Assembly (NCBI RefSeq): GCF_006345805.1
Contig: NC_043017.1
Span: forward strand, 7,812,001 to 7,876,000
Direction: 5' to 3'
Length of the DNA: 64,000 nt
From: Octopus sinensis
Lineage: Eukaryota
Below the pieces are notes generated by a model. That model did not search any database, was not told the DNA's origin, and was given only the letters and a program-made list of their open reading frames with translations. The position numbers and the translations under genes are program-made. Of the stretch, positions 13,401 to 26,301 are shown piece by piece (the first letter of the stretch is position 1; each line of letters opens with the position of its first letter).

Positions 13401-14169
13401 AGTTGGTAGGTCTTTGAGATGCAATGACTTACCAATTTCTATTTAATATCATGAGTAAAGATGTGAAGAATTAGTGATTTATCAGTTGTTAGGATTTATT
13501 GGCAGCAAGTGTGGAAGAAGTGTAGTGTAATGCATTGCAAGTGTTGAAGAATGAAGAGAGATATATAGCCTTAACCTAAGACATCACATGATGAATTGGT
13601 TCTTGGGATGTGAGAGAAGATTTCATAACCTTTTTCTTGTAGATTAAAGTTGTGTGTGTGTGTGTGTGTGTGTATGAATGTATATGTGTGTATATATGTC
13701 CACGTGTATATATGTGCCATTCAGCTGGCAAAAACGGGCAGTACCTTTAATTTAAAAGGCCATCCTTATCACATTCTGTGTCACACTGAATCTCCATGAG
13801 AACTATGTTAAAGGTATGTGTGTGTGTGGAGTGCTCAGTCACTTGTATGTGAATTTCATGAGCAGGCTGCTCCATTCATCAGATCAGCTGGAACCCTCGT
13901 TGTAACCGACAGAGTGCCAGTTGTGTATGTATGTCTGTGTGTTCATTCTTGTCATCAACCAATGTTATGACCCATTATTTCAGACTATTACATAGTTATT
14001 CAATTAAAATTGATTGATAAAATGTTAAAATAAAAACTAGGCTGAAATAAGTGTTGGGGTTGATTTGATCAAGTAAACACCTTGAAGGTAGTGTTGCTCC
14101 AGCATAGCCATAGGCCTATAACTGTAACCAGTTGAAAAAGAAAAAAACATGAAAGAATTATAAAAAAAC

Positions 14170-14490
14170 CCTATCAGTTTCAGTTAACATTGGAGCAGAT
14201 GTTTTATAGAGTGATTTTTTGGGAAGGGTTTATATTGGTGGTGGGGAGTTGGTGGGGGTAAGTTGTTTGTAGCATGAACAGGTGTGAAATAGAACAGGTG
14301 TAAATTCTGTAATGCTGGTTGGAATATTGAAATCCAGGAGAGGAGAATGGAAGCTGTTGATAAAAGTAGTAAAAAGCGGATGAGTTAATTGAAATCAGCT
14401 TAATGTTGAGATGAGTTTTATGAACAGACTTGTGATTGATAAGATAGATGGGGTGGTAATTAGCTAACTAATGAAATTAGATAATTAGAT
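14170..14490 (-). mobile_element. Possible Penelope-like RT remnant
   Basis: Purine-rich plus strand; the minus translation only loosely recalls LPFLD and HPxHxKxxIPxSQ. Weak. Confidence 0.25.
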
Positions 14491-14614
14491 AGAAGAAAAT
14501 AATGAAATGAGTTGATATATATGTATACATATATATATGTACATACACACATACACATATATACATATACATCTTAGCTGCTTTCTTGTGTATGAGCAAA
14601 GCCATTGCTAGAAA

Positions 14615-14830
14615 GAGTCATTGAAATGAGTCAATGTTGATGCAATGTGAGGCCCTTGTATGACTCTTGAGCCGGGCGAAAGTTTTGCACATTCTCTTAC
14701 ATAATGTATTGCTGTGCTGGCTGGCAGAAGGAACAGGTGCCACAGTACGAACCCTTTTGACATGACTTTTCAATCCTCCAACACCTTTCCACATGTTGCA
14801 CATGTTCTGTTGTGAACAAGAGCCATATCA
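14615..14830 (-). mobile_element. LINE ORF2 C-terminal zinc-finger fragment (RTE-like)
   Basis: ORF 14618..14803: CNMWKGVGGLKSHVKR..CKRMCKTFARLKSHTR, two decayed C2H2-like GLKSH motifs as at RTE 3' ends (compare 45316-45621). Confidence 0.55.
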
Positions 14831-15128
14831 CAATTTACCATGGGTCGATTCCTGTGAGTTACCTGATGGCTGACCAGGCCTGCATAACTCAGGCACCTCC
14901 TTCCACAAACCACACACACAAAACCCAATAGTCCCTCATTCTTCACAGGTTCATTCCTTCAAAGCCTTCTCCTAATCTTCTCATGCTTCATTTCTCTCTC
15001 TTTCAAACCTTCAACAACCACCGTGCACTCTCTTCCTCTATCCGTCTCGGCCTTGTGCCTCCCTCTCCCAATCAACAACATACATACATACATATGTACA
15101 TACAGGCACTCACACACACACACACACA

Positions 15129-15159
<31 letters not shown>

Positions 15160-15469
15160 TCCTCTTCAGCATGACACTTGTTCTGTTCCTCAGTTATACT
15201 TTCACCCCCTTCAGTACTATACTCCACTCAGTTGAGGGAACTTGTGTTGTGAGTACTTGGTGACTTCAATAGTTTTACTGCCTTGGGGAAAACACCCAGT
15301 ACACACTGTAAAACCCATGTCAAAGCAGACACTGGAGTTTGATGCACATCTTTGGTTTCTCACTTCCTATTGAATATGAACATTAAACAATGCTGCTACT
15401 GACAATGATGGTATGTGTGTGTTTCTCTTTCTCTTTCTCTCTCTCTCTTTACCTTAACAACTTTATCTT

Positions 15470-15669
15470 TTATCTTTTACTTGTTTCAATCATTGGACTG
15501 TGGCCATACTGGGGCACCACCTTGAAGGGTTTTAATCAAATGAATCAAATCCAGTACTTATTATTTTCCAGCCTGGTACTTATTCTATACCAAACTGCTT
15601 AGTTACAGAGACAGAAACAAACCAACACCAGTTGTTGAGTGTTGGTGGGGGACAAACACAATGACACAC

Positions 15670-15726
<57 letters not shown>

Positions 15727-15830
15727 TACACATACTTACAATGGGCTGCTTTCAGTTTGTTAGCTCTATATTCATTATATTGAGTGCTCCACACTTTGAC
15801 ATATGAAACTTGCTTGATCACTGTATGTGT
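15470..15830 (-). mobile_element. tRNA-derived SINE, partial
   Basis: cttttacttgtttcaatcattggactgtggccatactggggcacc..cctggtacttattctat..ggacaaacaca is the reverse complement of the family body and tail; internal (TA)n. Confidence 0.75.
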
Positions 15831-17059
15831 GTGTGTATTTGTATTTGATAAATAGAGAGCAATAAAATAAGACTTAGATATGTACTGGGATTCATCTGAG
15901 TGACTAAAACCTTTGCAAGTGGTGTCCTAGCATTTGTCACAGTTCATGCATCTCCTTTATGGCAAAACATTTGTCCCTGTCCTTCTGTCATACTTTAACC
16001 TTTTAACAACTAACATAAGGCCATCTCCCTCTTTGCTACAACCCTACTTGGTCGAGGGGTTATTTTTCCTTTGTCTTGCAATATACTTAGCAACTTTACT
16101 GGTGCATGTCTTAAAAAAAGCACTACGCTCTGTAAAGTGGTGGGCATTAAAAACCACAGAAACCATACCACAATAGATTTTGGAGCTCTATGTAATCCTT
16201 TGGCTTCTTGGGTCCTGTAAAACTGTCCAATTCATGCCAACATGAAAGACAGACTTGAAATAATGATGATAGACTGTGGGTTGTACTCAGTACTGCTACC
16301 TCTAAGGTAGAGAGAACTCAATACTGGTTAGTTGTAGAGTAAGCATTTATTTTGGGAATTGTTGAAACCTCCCAGTTTCAAATATATTTACATATATAAA
16401 TATATACATGCACACACACATGCATACTCACCTCTACAAATGCACAGATATAATTGTGCACAGGCATGTGCCCCTACATGCACAAACACACACTTTCATA
16501 CACAAATACTTACCTTCTCATGTGTACACACAAACACATGCGCATACACATGCGTGCACACACACACACACATGCCCCATTTTTCTGACTTTGTAGATTA
16601 TTTTGTTTATCCTTCATAAATATTCCTCCTCCTCCTTCTGCTATAATTCTGTTTTTCTTTTTTCCTCCCTTCTGTAAATGTTTCTGTTAATAATGTTTGT
16701 ACAGAATCTGATTGGAAATTGCTGTATGAAGAGATTCTTGATAGCTATGCATAAAACTATCATCTTTACCATTTATCGAGATGGAATCGTTGTGTAACTT
16801 CACTTAAATATAAACTTTATACACAATACATACAAGGGATTTCGTTTGATCCAGCTGAAATGTTATTAATTGTCTATTTAGTGTTAAATCTGTGTTGTTG
16901 TACATTTTATTTTCCCCACTTCATAAAACTGCTCAGTAAAGTTGCTCTGGAGTACCACTGAAGACATCTTCTCTATGTTCGTCCCCACCTATTTGCTTTT
17001 TCTCACAAATATTGACATGATTAACAAATATTCAAGTTAAAAATCCACAATGCTCTTAC

Positions 17060-17105
17060 CTGTCTGGGTGTATGAGTATGGCCTATGAAAGTGATCGATT
17101 GGCAT
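17060..17105 (-). CDS. Candidate short first coding exon (MPIDHFHRPYSYTQT plus 1 nt)
   Basis: ATG at 17105 behind a GA-rich leader, 15 open codons, then the strong donor CAG|GTAAGA (phase 1). No homology evidence. Confidence 0.3.
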
Positions 17106-17724
17106 TGCTTCTCTCTCTCTCTCTCTTCCCCTTGCTCTCTTCACCCCCCTCTCTCAACCGGACTAAACTCATTGAAAAGAATGTAGTGTTATTCAAGGGA
17201 AGATGTACTGGAGTGATTTCCTATCAGCTTCTTCAACCCATGGGATGGTTTGAACTCTGCTTCTCTGTAAGCTAACAAAATATCAGTTATCGCAATTTGC
17301 TGTTTCTTCCCTAATAAACATCAGATTGAGCCATTACAAGCAGAATGTGCTTGTAACACACACTGGGGTTGGTTAATAAAATATGAACTCTTCATGCTTT
17401 GACTAAGATCTTTGTACCTTGTTGACTCAGACAGTTATTGGTACCTTACTGACTGAAGTGTTGGTATTTTACTGACTCTATCAAGTGTTAGAACCTTACA
17501 CACTAACACACACACACACACACATACACACACACACCTGACAATCCAAAATATTAATAACTGTTCTCTACCAACAGTGAATCATTTGAATGAGATTGGT
17601 TAAAAATATTGGCTACAAAAAGAGGGACAAAATTTAAAAATACAATTTATTGATGATTCCAGGTCACAGAGTGCAGTAGAACAATAGAATGTGTGAGTAT
17701 GTATTGAGATCTGTGCACACGCAC

Positions 17725-17758
<34 letters not shown>

Positions 17759-18687
17759 GTATAACACTATAAATATAGTTGGCTGCTGTACATCAAAAGT
17801 TAAACCTCATACTGTCTCCTAAGGAGCCGTTGGCCTGTTTCTAGTCTAATAATTAAATTACAAAATATTGTTATTGTTGTTTAGTGCCAATTCTTGATGA
17901 TCCCATTAATGAAGTTTCTCCTTACTATCTAATCTGGGATGTATCTGATTTATAGAAAGTGAGTGGCAGGTCATAAGTTCAAATTGTCTGATTTGTTGGG
18001 AATAGGAATGATACATCCAATGTCCATCCAGGAGAAGTTTTATTTCTCATCTGGTTCTTCTGATGAAAGTAGAGTTTAACCTTGAAACATGTGGAAATAT
18101 ATTTGATGCAGGGTGTATTTTAGCTGCATCTGATGCAGAGTATACTTTAGGTATTGATATCAAATCTAGGGTGTACCCTAGCTGTACTTGATCTATGCTA
18201 TACATGTTGGCATGTCATACCCTGTCCCTACTAGCATTGTATTGCTTCCTTGGTTTGAGCGCCAAGCCATTGATCTGTCTAGAAATAGGTACTTCATGTT
18301 TGAATATGGTTTAGTCCAAGAGGGTAGTGGATTGCCGAATCAGTACAGAACTGGATAAAATGCTTTGCAGTATTTAGTTACATCCCTTTATATTAACAGC
18401 TGAAATATTGCTGGTGTCAGCTTATTTTCTATCTCTTCAGTAGTGATAAAACAAGTGAACAAGTGGTACATTGAGGCTAGAGGAAGGAATGAATCAGTGT
18501 CCATAACCTTAGCAAGTTTTTCCAATATGGTGAGAGCAATTTAGTTGGCTTTCAACATGAAATTCATTATGTTGAAGGCTGGAGGAGAAGAGCAAGCAGC
18601 AGCAACACTATAAACAGGCTGAGTGTTTTGATAGTTTCTAGAACTGAGTTCAACTTGACTTGTTGCTTTTTGATTTTGTTCAATGCA

Positions 18688-19073
18688 AGGTGTAGCTGCA
18701 TGGTAAGAAGTTTGCTTCCCAACCACATGGTTCCAGATTCAATCCCACTGCATGGCACCATAGTCAAGTGTCTTCTAGCATAGCCCTGAGTCGACCAAAA
18801 TCTTGTGAGTGGATTTGGTAGACAGAAACTGAAAGAAACCACTTGTGTGTGTGTGTGTGTGTTTGTCTATTTGTCCCCTACCACCACTTGACGCCTGCTG
18901 TTAGTGTGTTTATGTCCCTGTAGCTTAGCAAATTGGCAAAAGAAACTGATAGAATAAGTACCAGGCTTAATAAATAAATGCTAGGGTTGATTTGTTTGCC
19001 TGAAACTCTTCAAGGCAGTGCTCCAGTATTGCCATAGCCAATACTGAAACAGGTACAAGACAAAAGATAAAAG
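18688..19073 (+). mobile_element. Near full-length tRNA-derived SINE
   Basis: Head ggtaagaagtttgcttcccaaccacatggttccagattcaatcccactg (A/B-box-like), central (TG)n, tail gatagaataagtaccaggc..gtgctccagtattgcc..gataaaag. Confidence 0.85.
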
Positions 19074-19459
19074 GTCAGCTTTGATTGAATAGATATCTGA
19101 TTAGATATTAAAGCCATGATAATCCCATCTTATTTATCTAGGACTGTATTATGCATTGCATAATACAGTCAATAGGATATGATTTGAGGAAGATTTGAGT
19201 GACATTTTTAGCAGAGCAAGAAACCACATAGAGGCTTCTTGGGCTTTGGTAAGTTTGCTTGCTTTGAAGTTATATATTTATATGATCAAAGATAACAAGA
19301 TCAGTTTGACACACAACCATCAATACAAGGTCTATGGTTGATTTTAAATTCAGGGACATCATAACTTCTTCGATTATTTAATTAACTTACTTCATCATTT
19401 CCTGAAATTAATATTATAAGTTTAGAGAGAAACAGTGTGTGAAAGTTTCTGGGATGGCT

Positions 19460-19531
19460 TGTTATATGTATACATACATAAACACACACATACACACATA
19501 CATAAACATTAATATGTGTGTGTATATGTGC

Positions 19532-19563
<32 letters not shown>

Positions 19564-19790
19564 ATGTGAGTATATATGTATATATATGTGTATATATATG
19601 TATATGTGTGTGTGTATATGCATATATGTGAGTATATGTGTATATATATATATGCATATATATGTATATGTATATATATATGCATATATGAGTGTATATG
19701 TATATATATGCATGTATGTGTATATGTTTATATATATGTATTATTATGTATATGTATGTATATATGTCTATGTGTATATATGTATGTATG

Positions 19791-19841
<51 letters not shown>

Positions 19842-19900
19842 ATATATATATATATATATATACATATGAGTATATATATATATATAGGCTATGTATGTAG
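19460..19900. repeat. Compound (TA)/(TG)/(TATG) microsatellite
   Basis: Directly visible; further long tracts at 20225-20290, 26240-26400, 35775-36020 and 38600-38820. Confidence 0.95.
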
Positions 19901-20227
19901 CGTTGTGTGTATATGACAGCTGTATTAATGTTAACAGCCCATTGCCACTCAATATTTGTCATTAGCATAATGCTGTTCTCACCTTCCCTGATATAAGTCA
20001 CCCTCACTCTGCTATTGTGTTTCCCTCAGACTTGTACTTTTTGCACTTTTTTCATTTTATCATTAGATCGCCCAATCCCCCTGGAGGGTACATTACAGAT
20101 TTTTTATCGAAATCTAATTTGCCTATTATTGAACTGGTTGTTGGTGTAACATGTACGCAAAGTTTCATGAATATTGGTTTGTTGGTTTAGGCACTATGAT
20201 GGTAACAGACAGACAGAAAATGCCATT

Positions 20228-20291
<64 letters not shown>

Positions 20292-21977
20292 AAGTGGGGA
20301 AGGCAGGAGAGGAGAAATCATTTTTGGTAACAATTTCAGAATATATCTACAGAAAATAATACTCAATTCCCATACATTTTATTCAGTCTATTTCACACAC
20401 TCTTACATATACATGCACATCCACTCACATACACATGCCACTTTTATATGCATGCTACACTCACACATATATGCATGTTACACACACACATGCCCTACAC
20501 ATTCATTCACACAAGACACATATACACACATATGCAATCTGGCAGATCTGTAACACATTAGAAGCTTAAGAAAATAATAGACTTAGTCCAATTGAAGGTT
20601 ACCAAATCTTTGATTCTCAATCTTCCTTTAATAATCTTGGCAATAGTTCCAATTGCTATATAAATATTTTCCCCTTTACAAATAGACAGGCTTACATAAT
20701 TTTTCTGACTTTTTCAACAATTCTCTATATTAAAGTGACACTTCTCACTTTAATACCTTTTTGTCTTTTTACTTCCTTTATTTTTCAGTTCTATGTTTTT
20801 GTTTGTTGTAAGCATCAAATCATTTTTCCCTTTTCTTCCTAACCATGTGTATGAGTGTGCGTATGTGTTAGTGTATGTGTGTGCATATATATGTGTGTGT
20901 GTATACATGTGTGTCATAGAATAAGATTTATCATAACGGATTTTTTGCTGTAACTTAAATTTAATGTGACATTTTTTCCCCATCTACGCACACACATGTG
21001 TCTGTGCATATGTATGTGTCCTTCTACACACATATGAGTATATATGTAATTATTAATATACATGCATGTTGTATGTGTGTGTTTGAAACTTTAGAAAAAA
21101 ATAAATATGACTGAAATATCAATTCACAAGTCTTTAAAGAATTTCTATCGTTCCTTCACAAACAACAAAACAAAATGGAACAATTTCAAAAAAAATTTTC
21201 TTTTCCCTATCTACTACTTCAACCTCTCTCACATCTCCTTGTGGAGTTTCTAACAGAAATCAGTGATCAAAGATCCCTGTGATTGATTACAGAGAATGTC
21301 TCTATAGCCTCTTAGATCTTTTCCAATTTGTCAGCAATTTGTGGGTCAGCTAAATTTAATGTTTCTGAAATGTCTTTAGAAAAGAGAGATCATTTCTATC
21401 ATTAAATGACCGGAATTCTTTTTATTTTTAAAAAAACCCAACAAAAAAACCTTCATTGGTTTGACAAGGTTGTATATTTTTCCTGTTATTTTTCTGTGGA
21501 AAAGATTTTTAAAAATGTTTATTTCTTCATTTCTTTTTTTAAAAAAATACTTTTGCCTGATCGGCATAAGATAAATGCAGCACCACTGAATGAATTATAT
21601 TGGAATCTGTATGCTTCATGCTAAAATATGTCTGTCTCTTAGTACACTTCATGCTAAAGTACGTCTGTCTGTCACTCTCATCTATATGCTCCATGTTAAA
21701 GTGTGTCAGTTTTTATCTTTTTCTCTCTCTCTCTCTCTCTCTCTTGCTATACATAATATCTTTTTCTCTTTCTTTTTCTGTTTTCTATCTTTATATGTCT
21801 TTCTCTCACTGTGCTTCATGCTCTCTCTATCTCTCTCTCTTACTCTCTTTCTGCCCCATCATAAGATCTTTTTGTCTGTCTGTTCATCTGAGTTTCTGTC
21901 TGTATCACATGCTAAGGCCTGTCTCTCTCTCTCTTTCTCTCTCTGTTCCTGTTAAAGTCTGTTTGTCTTTGTGTACC

Positions 21978-22156
21978 TTAACCCTTTAAGGTCGAGTATA
22001 AATAGCAAGTCTTTTTTCGTGTAGGACGCAAAAAAAAAAGGAAAAAAAAAAACAAGATGGTAATCAGTGAAATAACTTATATACCACACCTGGCTTATAT
22101 ACCACACCTGTCTTCAGAATTTAGCAGTGTCAATAAGCCACACCTTAGATGGTTAA
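21978..22156. mobile_element. Short TTAA-flanked MITE (piggyBac-like)
   Basis: Left end ttaaccctttaagg; right end ccttagatggttaa (reverse complement ttaaccatctaagg, 12/14 match). TTAA at both ends (21978-21981, 22153-22156). Internal direct repeat cttatataccacacct x2. Confidence 0.6.
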
Positions 22157-22803
22157 AGAGTCTGGCCTATGGTAAAGTCTCTCTCTCTCCTTGTCTCTTG
22201 CTAAAGTCTATTTCTTTTTGTTTCATACTAAAGTTTTCTTACCTTTCTGTGGATGGCTGTCTGCTCCCCTCTCTCTCTCTCTCCCTTTCGCTCTCTCTCT
22301 CCCTCTTTCCCTCTCTCCCTCTCGCTCCCTCTTTCCCTTTCTCTCCCTCCCTCTATGTCTCTCTCTCTCTTTCTTTTGTTATTATTCACATGACATTCTA
22401 ACTTCATCAACTGAATCTTGATATAGCAACAATACAAATTTCTTGGCAACACCCTGCATTTCAGAACAGTTTTTGCAAATATTTTATACTCTGGTTTTTT
22501 ATTCTTATACTGGTGCTTTTACATAGATTTGTTGCTGTTTAGTTACGTATTTAGGAGTTGGTTGTAATTTACTTATTAAATTTATTTACCGATACGGTTG
22601 TACATAGGGTAAATATGTTTGAGAGAGTGGTTTCTCTGGTTTGTTTGTCCCCAAACAACACTTATTTTAGTGCTGTTGACACCGCCAGATTGAATGGTAC
22701 TGGCCAGGTGTCAAAACCATAATGATATCCGTGGGGCAGCTGATGATGGAGGTATGTTGGATTGTTGGTATGCCTGTGGAATAGTATTATAACACATCCT
22801 TTT

Positions 22804-22856
<53 letters not shown>

Positions 22857-24084
22857 TGGTTAATTATATACAAGTGTCAGATCTTTATTTACATCATTAC
22901 CAAGATAAAGTCAGTTTGTCATTGTCATGTTGAAGATGATATGGAGCATATTTATGAAGTAGGCCACATTACCACCCTATCCTCTAGATCCTGGTATTGT
23001 GTTATCTGTGAGGCTCAACCTCTTGAGATCTCATTGCTTTTGTTTCCTTTTTTACCTTTTTTTGCAGATGTTTCTCCTGCCACAATCTTCACCCTCTACC
23101 ATTGACACACAACAACCTTTCATGTCACATCTCCATGTTATTGCTACTGCCTCCTGCCACACATACATACATGCATACACAAGTTGTCTGATACCTTTAA
23201 TACCCAACCGCTTTATTATAAGCTCTTATGTTTTCAGCTTTTCATGCAGGTTAATTTTGCACATCTAATGGATTATATGTTTACTAATTTAAAAACCGAT
23301 CCTGATAAAAGTATACACGAGAGGTCTTAGAAAAATATACAAATAAAGCAGCTAATACACTTATATTTGTGTTATACAGTTGCATTAGATAGAAAACTTA
23401 AATCATTTAATGAGATTTATTTTTTGTCATTTCTTTGTGCGATAGGAAACAGCTGTTTGGTCCCTGACAATGTGTATCTTGGTTGTGTTGTTGTTTAGAT
23501 CAAGGTCAGCTCTAATTGAATAAACTTATGATCAAAGACATCTTCATGTTGTCTATCCTCATCTTTTAGTCAGACTTTATCCAATGTATCCAATGTGTCT
23601 CGCTTTTTTTAAGATGGTAGAGTGTGATTTTGAGGAAGATTTAGTTTCTATTTTTAGCAGTTCAAGCAATTGCATAATGGCTCTTGTTGTCATGTTAGGT
23701 TCAGTAGGTGAATATCTATTGTCTAAGACCTCAGATACGTTTTGATTTGTAGCACATATGAAAATATTGATTCATAATGAGTTGTCAAAACAAAGACAGC
23801 ATTTAATATTTATATTTATAGCAAAATATTCTTCTTTTGGTTTCAGTTACTTCATCACTGGCTTGTGGCCATACTGGGACACAACCTTGATGTAAACCTT
23901 TTAAAATGTTTAGATTAAAAAAATTTTTTTCTCTTAGGTCATTATGATTCCTTAAAAACTGACCTTCTTATTTGGACTTCAGTTTCTAGAAAGGCCAAGA
24001 AGTGTGATTACTGTGTCAGATATTTAGCTGTAAATCTTACAAAGATAATGGCTGTGGGCAAACATTCATTTTGAGAGTCCACAT

Positions 24085-24711
24085 GTATAGAAAGTTGTCA
24101 TGAAGCTGGATGAAGTACCACTAAGCATTTTGCCAAGCATTTTGCCAAGCATGCTAATGATTCTGCCAGCTTGCCGCCTTAGTAGTTGTAGTAGTAGTAG
24201 TAGTAGTAATAATCAAATCATTATTATTGCTAATACAGATTCAAGACCACAAATTTTGGGGTGGATTTAGTTGATTAACTTAACTACAGTACTTTATCAA
24301 CCCTGAAAGGATGAAAGTCAAAGTTCACCATGACAGGAATTGCTCTCAGAATGTAAAGAGCTTGGAAAAATACTGCAAGCCATTTTGTTTGACACACTAA
24401 AGATTCTGTCAATGAACTATTTTTATAACAATGATAATAATAATCCTTTCTATTATAGGCCCAAGGCCTGATCTTTTTGGGAAGGGATAAGTCAGTTACA
24501 TTGACCCCCCTTATGCAGCTGGTACTTCTTTCATCAAACTCAAAAAGATGAAAGACAAAATTTACATCAGTGGAATTTGAAATCTGATTGTAAAGACAAA
24601 TGAAATTTTGCCTGACATGTTAACAATTCTGCCAGCTTTCTACCTTAAAATTGGAAGAAATGTCACTAAACATTTAGTCCGGTGTGCTAACAATTCTAGC
24701 AGCTTGCTGCC

Positions 24712-24761
<50 letters not shown>

Positions 24762-24960
24762 GATGATGATGATGATGATGACGTTAATGATTGATAGTGC
24801 AGATACAAGGCCTCAAATTTATAGGGGAGTATAATTTTATCAACCATTAAGGAGTAAAAAACAAAGTTGACCTTCAGAAAATTGACGTAGGTGGGATTTG
24901 AACTTGAAACTTAAATATCACAAGGCATTCTACTGATTCTGCCATCCACTACCTTAAAAT
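24085..24960 (-). mobile_element. Head-to-tail cluster of about 5 full or partial copies of the second SINE family
   Basis: The end motif attctg(c/t)ca recurs at about 24160, 24403, 24626 and 24935 (variant attctagca at about 24693), separated by (TAG)n/(TAA)n/(GAT)n tracts. Confidence 0.7.
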
Positions 24961-26240
24961 AACACCAAAAATAGTCTCAATTCAGATGCTATCTTTTAAT
25001 TGAAAATAATGTAAGGAATATTGAATCATTAAGACTGAAATAGAATTTCCACACACTGTAAATTGGTTACACCTTTCAGTATGTTAGAAAGAGAATATCT
25101 AGGAAAGGAGATACTATATTATTATTATTATCATTATTAAAACTGGAAATCAAAGTGAGATAAACTATTTCTTTGTCTTCAGGCTGTTCTTTCTGTTTGA
25201 TCAAACTTCTTTCAGATGAGATTAAGGCATTTACAAAACTATGCTGCATCAATGGATATCATCTAATAAAACTAGATTTATAAAATACATGTGGAATAGC
25301 AATCTGTCTGCCTGTCCTTCTGTCCACCTATCCATAAGCTCAGCTAATCTAAATGTTTTGAGCCAAGCCTAGCTAAGCCAGGCCCTGAAATTAACACACA
25401 GATACTGAACCCTAGCAATGAATTAAGAACAGTTCTTGATTAATGAAATTAACATGACCTTAATGGTTAAAAATATTAAATCCAAAGATGATATTTATCC
25501 ATTATGCATTATTTTCATGATCATTGTTGCTCAGCCCAACATGTGACAATAAAAAGCAACTCTGACATCCACTTCATTCTGAAGATGAGGCCTAGAAGAT
25601 TTCAAAGCTCTAATGAACTTAAGAATGCTTTTGTTTCAAAGTAAACATAAAGAAATATATCAATAAATCATTAACATAAAGATTAAACTCAAATAGTTGT
25701 GCCTCCAATATGATGTTTGGAAAACAAAACTGTCCCCCCCCCCAAATATGGCTGTAAACAAACTGGTTTTTTACCCCATCACTACTCAGCTTCTTCATAC
25801 TATATATTGTTGCTTGAAGGTCTGTTGAGCTTTGTGCAAATAATATACTCAACAACATGGTTTGAGCATATTTTCTGTGCTTAAGCCAAAAACATATATA
25901 TATATATAAAATGTTAAGACTGATGTATATATATATATAAAGTAAAAAAAGACCCCCTTTGGTCATGAATGACCTAGAAAATTCCCCACCAAAATACAAG
26001 TCTGGACAAGATTGTCATGTGGAAGATCAACAGTCACCCTCCTCTCTCCATGTCACTGATGTTATCCAAGGGAAAGGCAAAGGCTGATACAGCATGGCAC
26101 CAGTGATGTTGCAACTCATTTCTACAGCTGAGTCAACTGGAGCAAAGTGAAATAAAGATCTTCTTCAGAAACAGAAAACAGAGGAAAGTCCAAGAGAAAA
26201 AGAAGACGGAGGGAAAAAATCACCAACAATCCACATGTAG

Positions 26241-26301
<61 letters not shown>

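Noticed and set aside
16697-17010. Short exon-like frames (ESDWKLLYEEILDSYA on +; GGDEHREDVFSGTPEQLY on -)
   Set aside because: They end in stops without donors and have no homology support; indistinguishable from chance.
22715-22790. CTGATGA motif as a C/D snoRNA or hammerhead ribozyme
   Set aside because: Box spacing is too short for a snoRNA, and GAAA is missing at the required position; probably a decayed repeat.
25619-25999. 126-aa minus ORF, loosely like a hAT transposase C-terminus
   Set aside because: Similarity too weak; the ORF runs through a microsatellite and a poly-G run.
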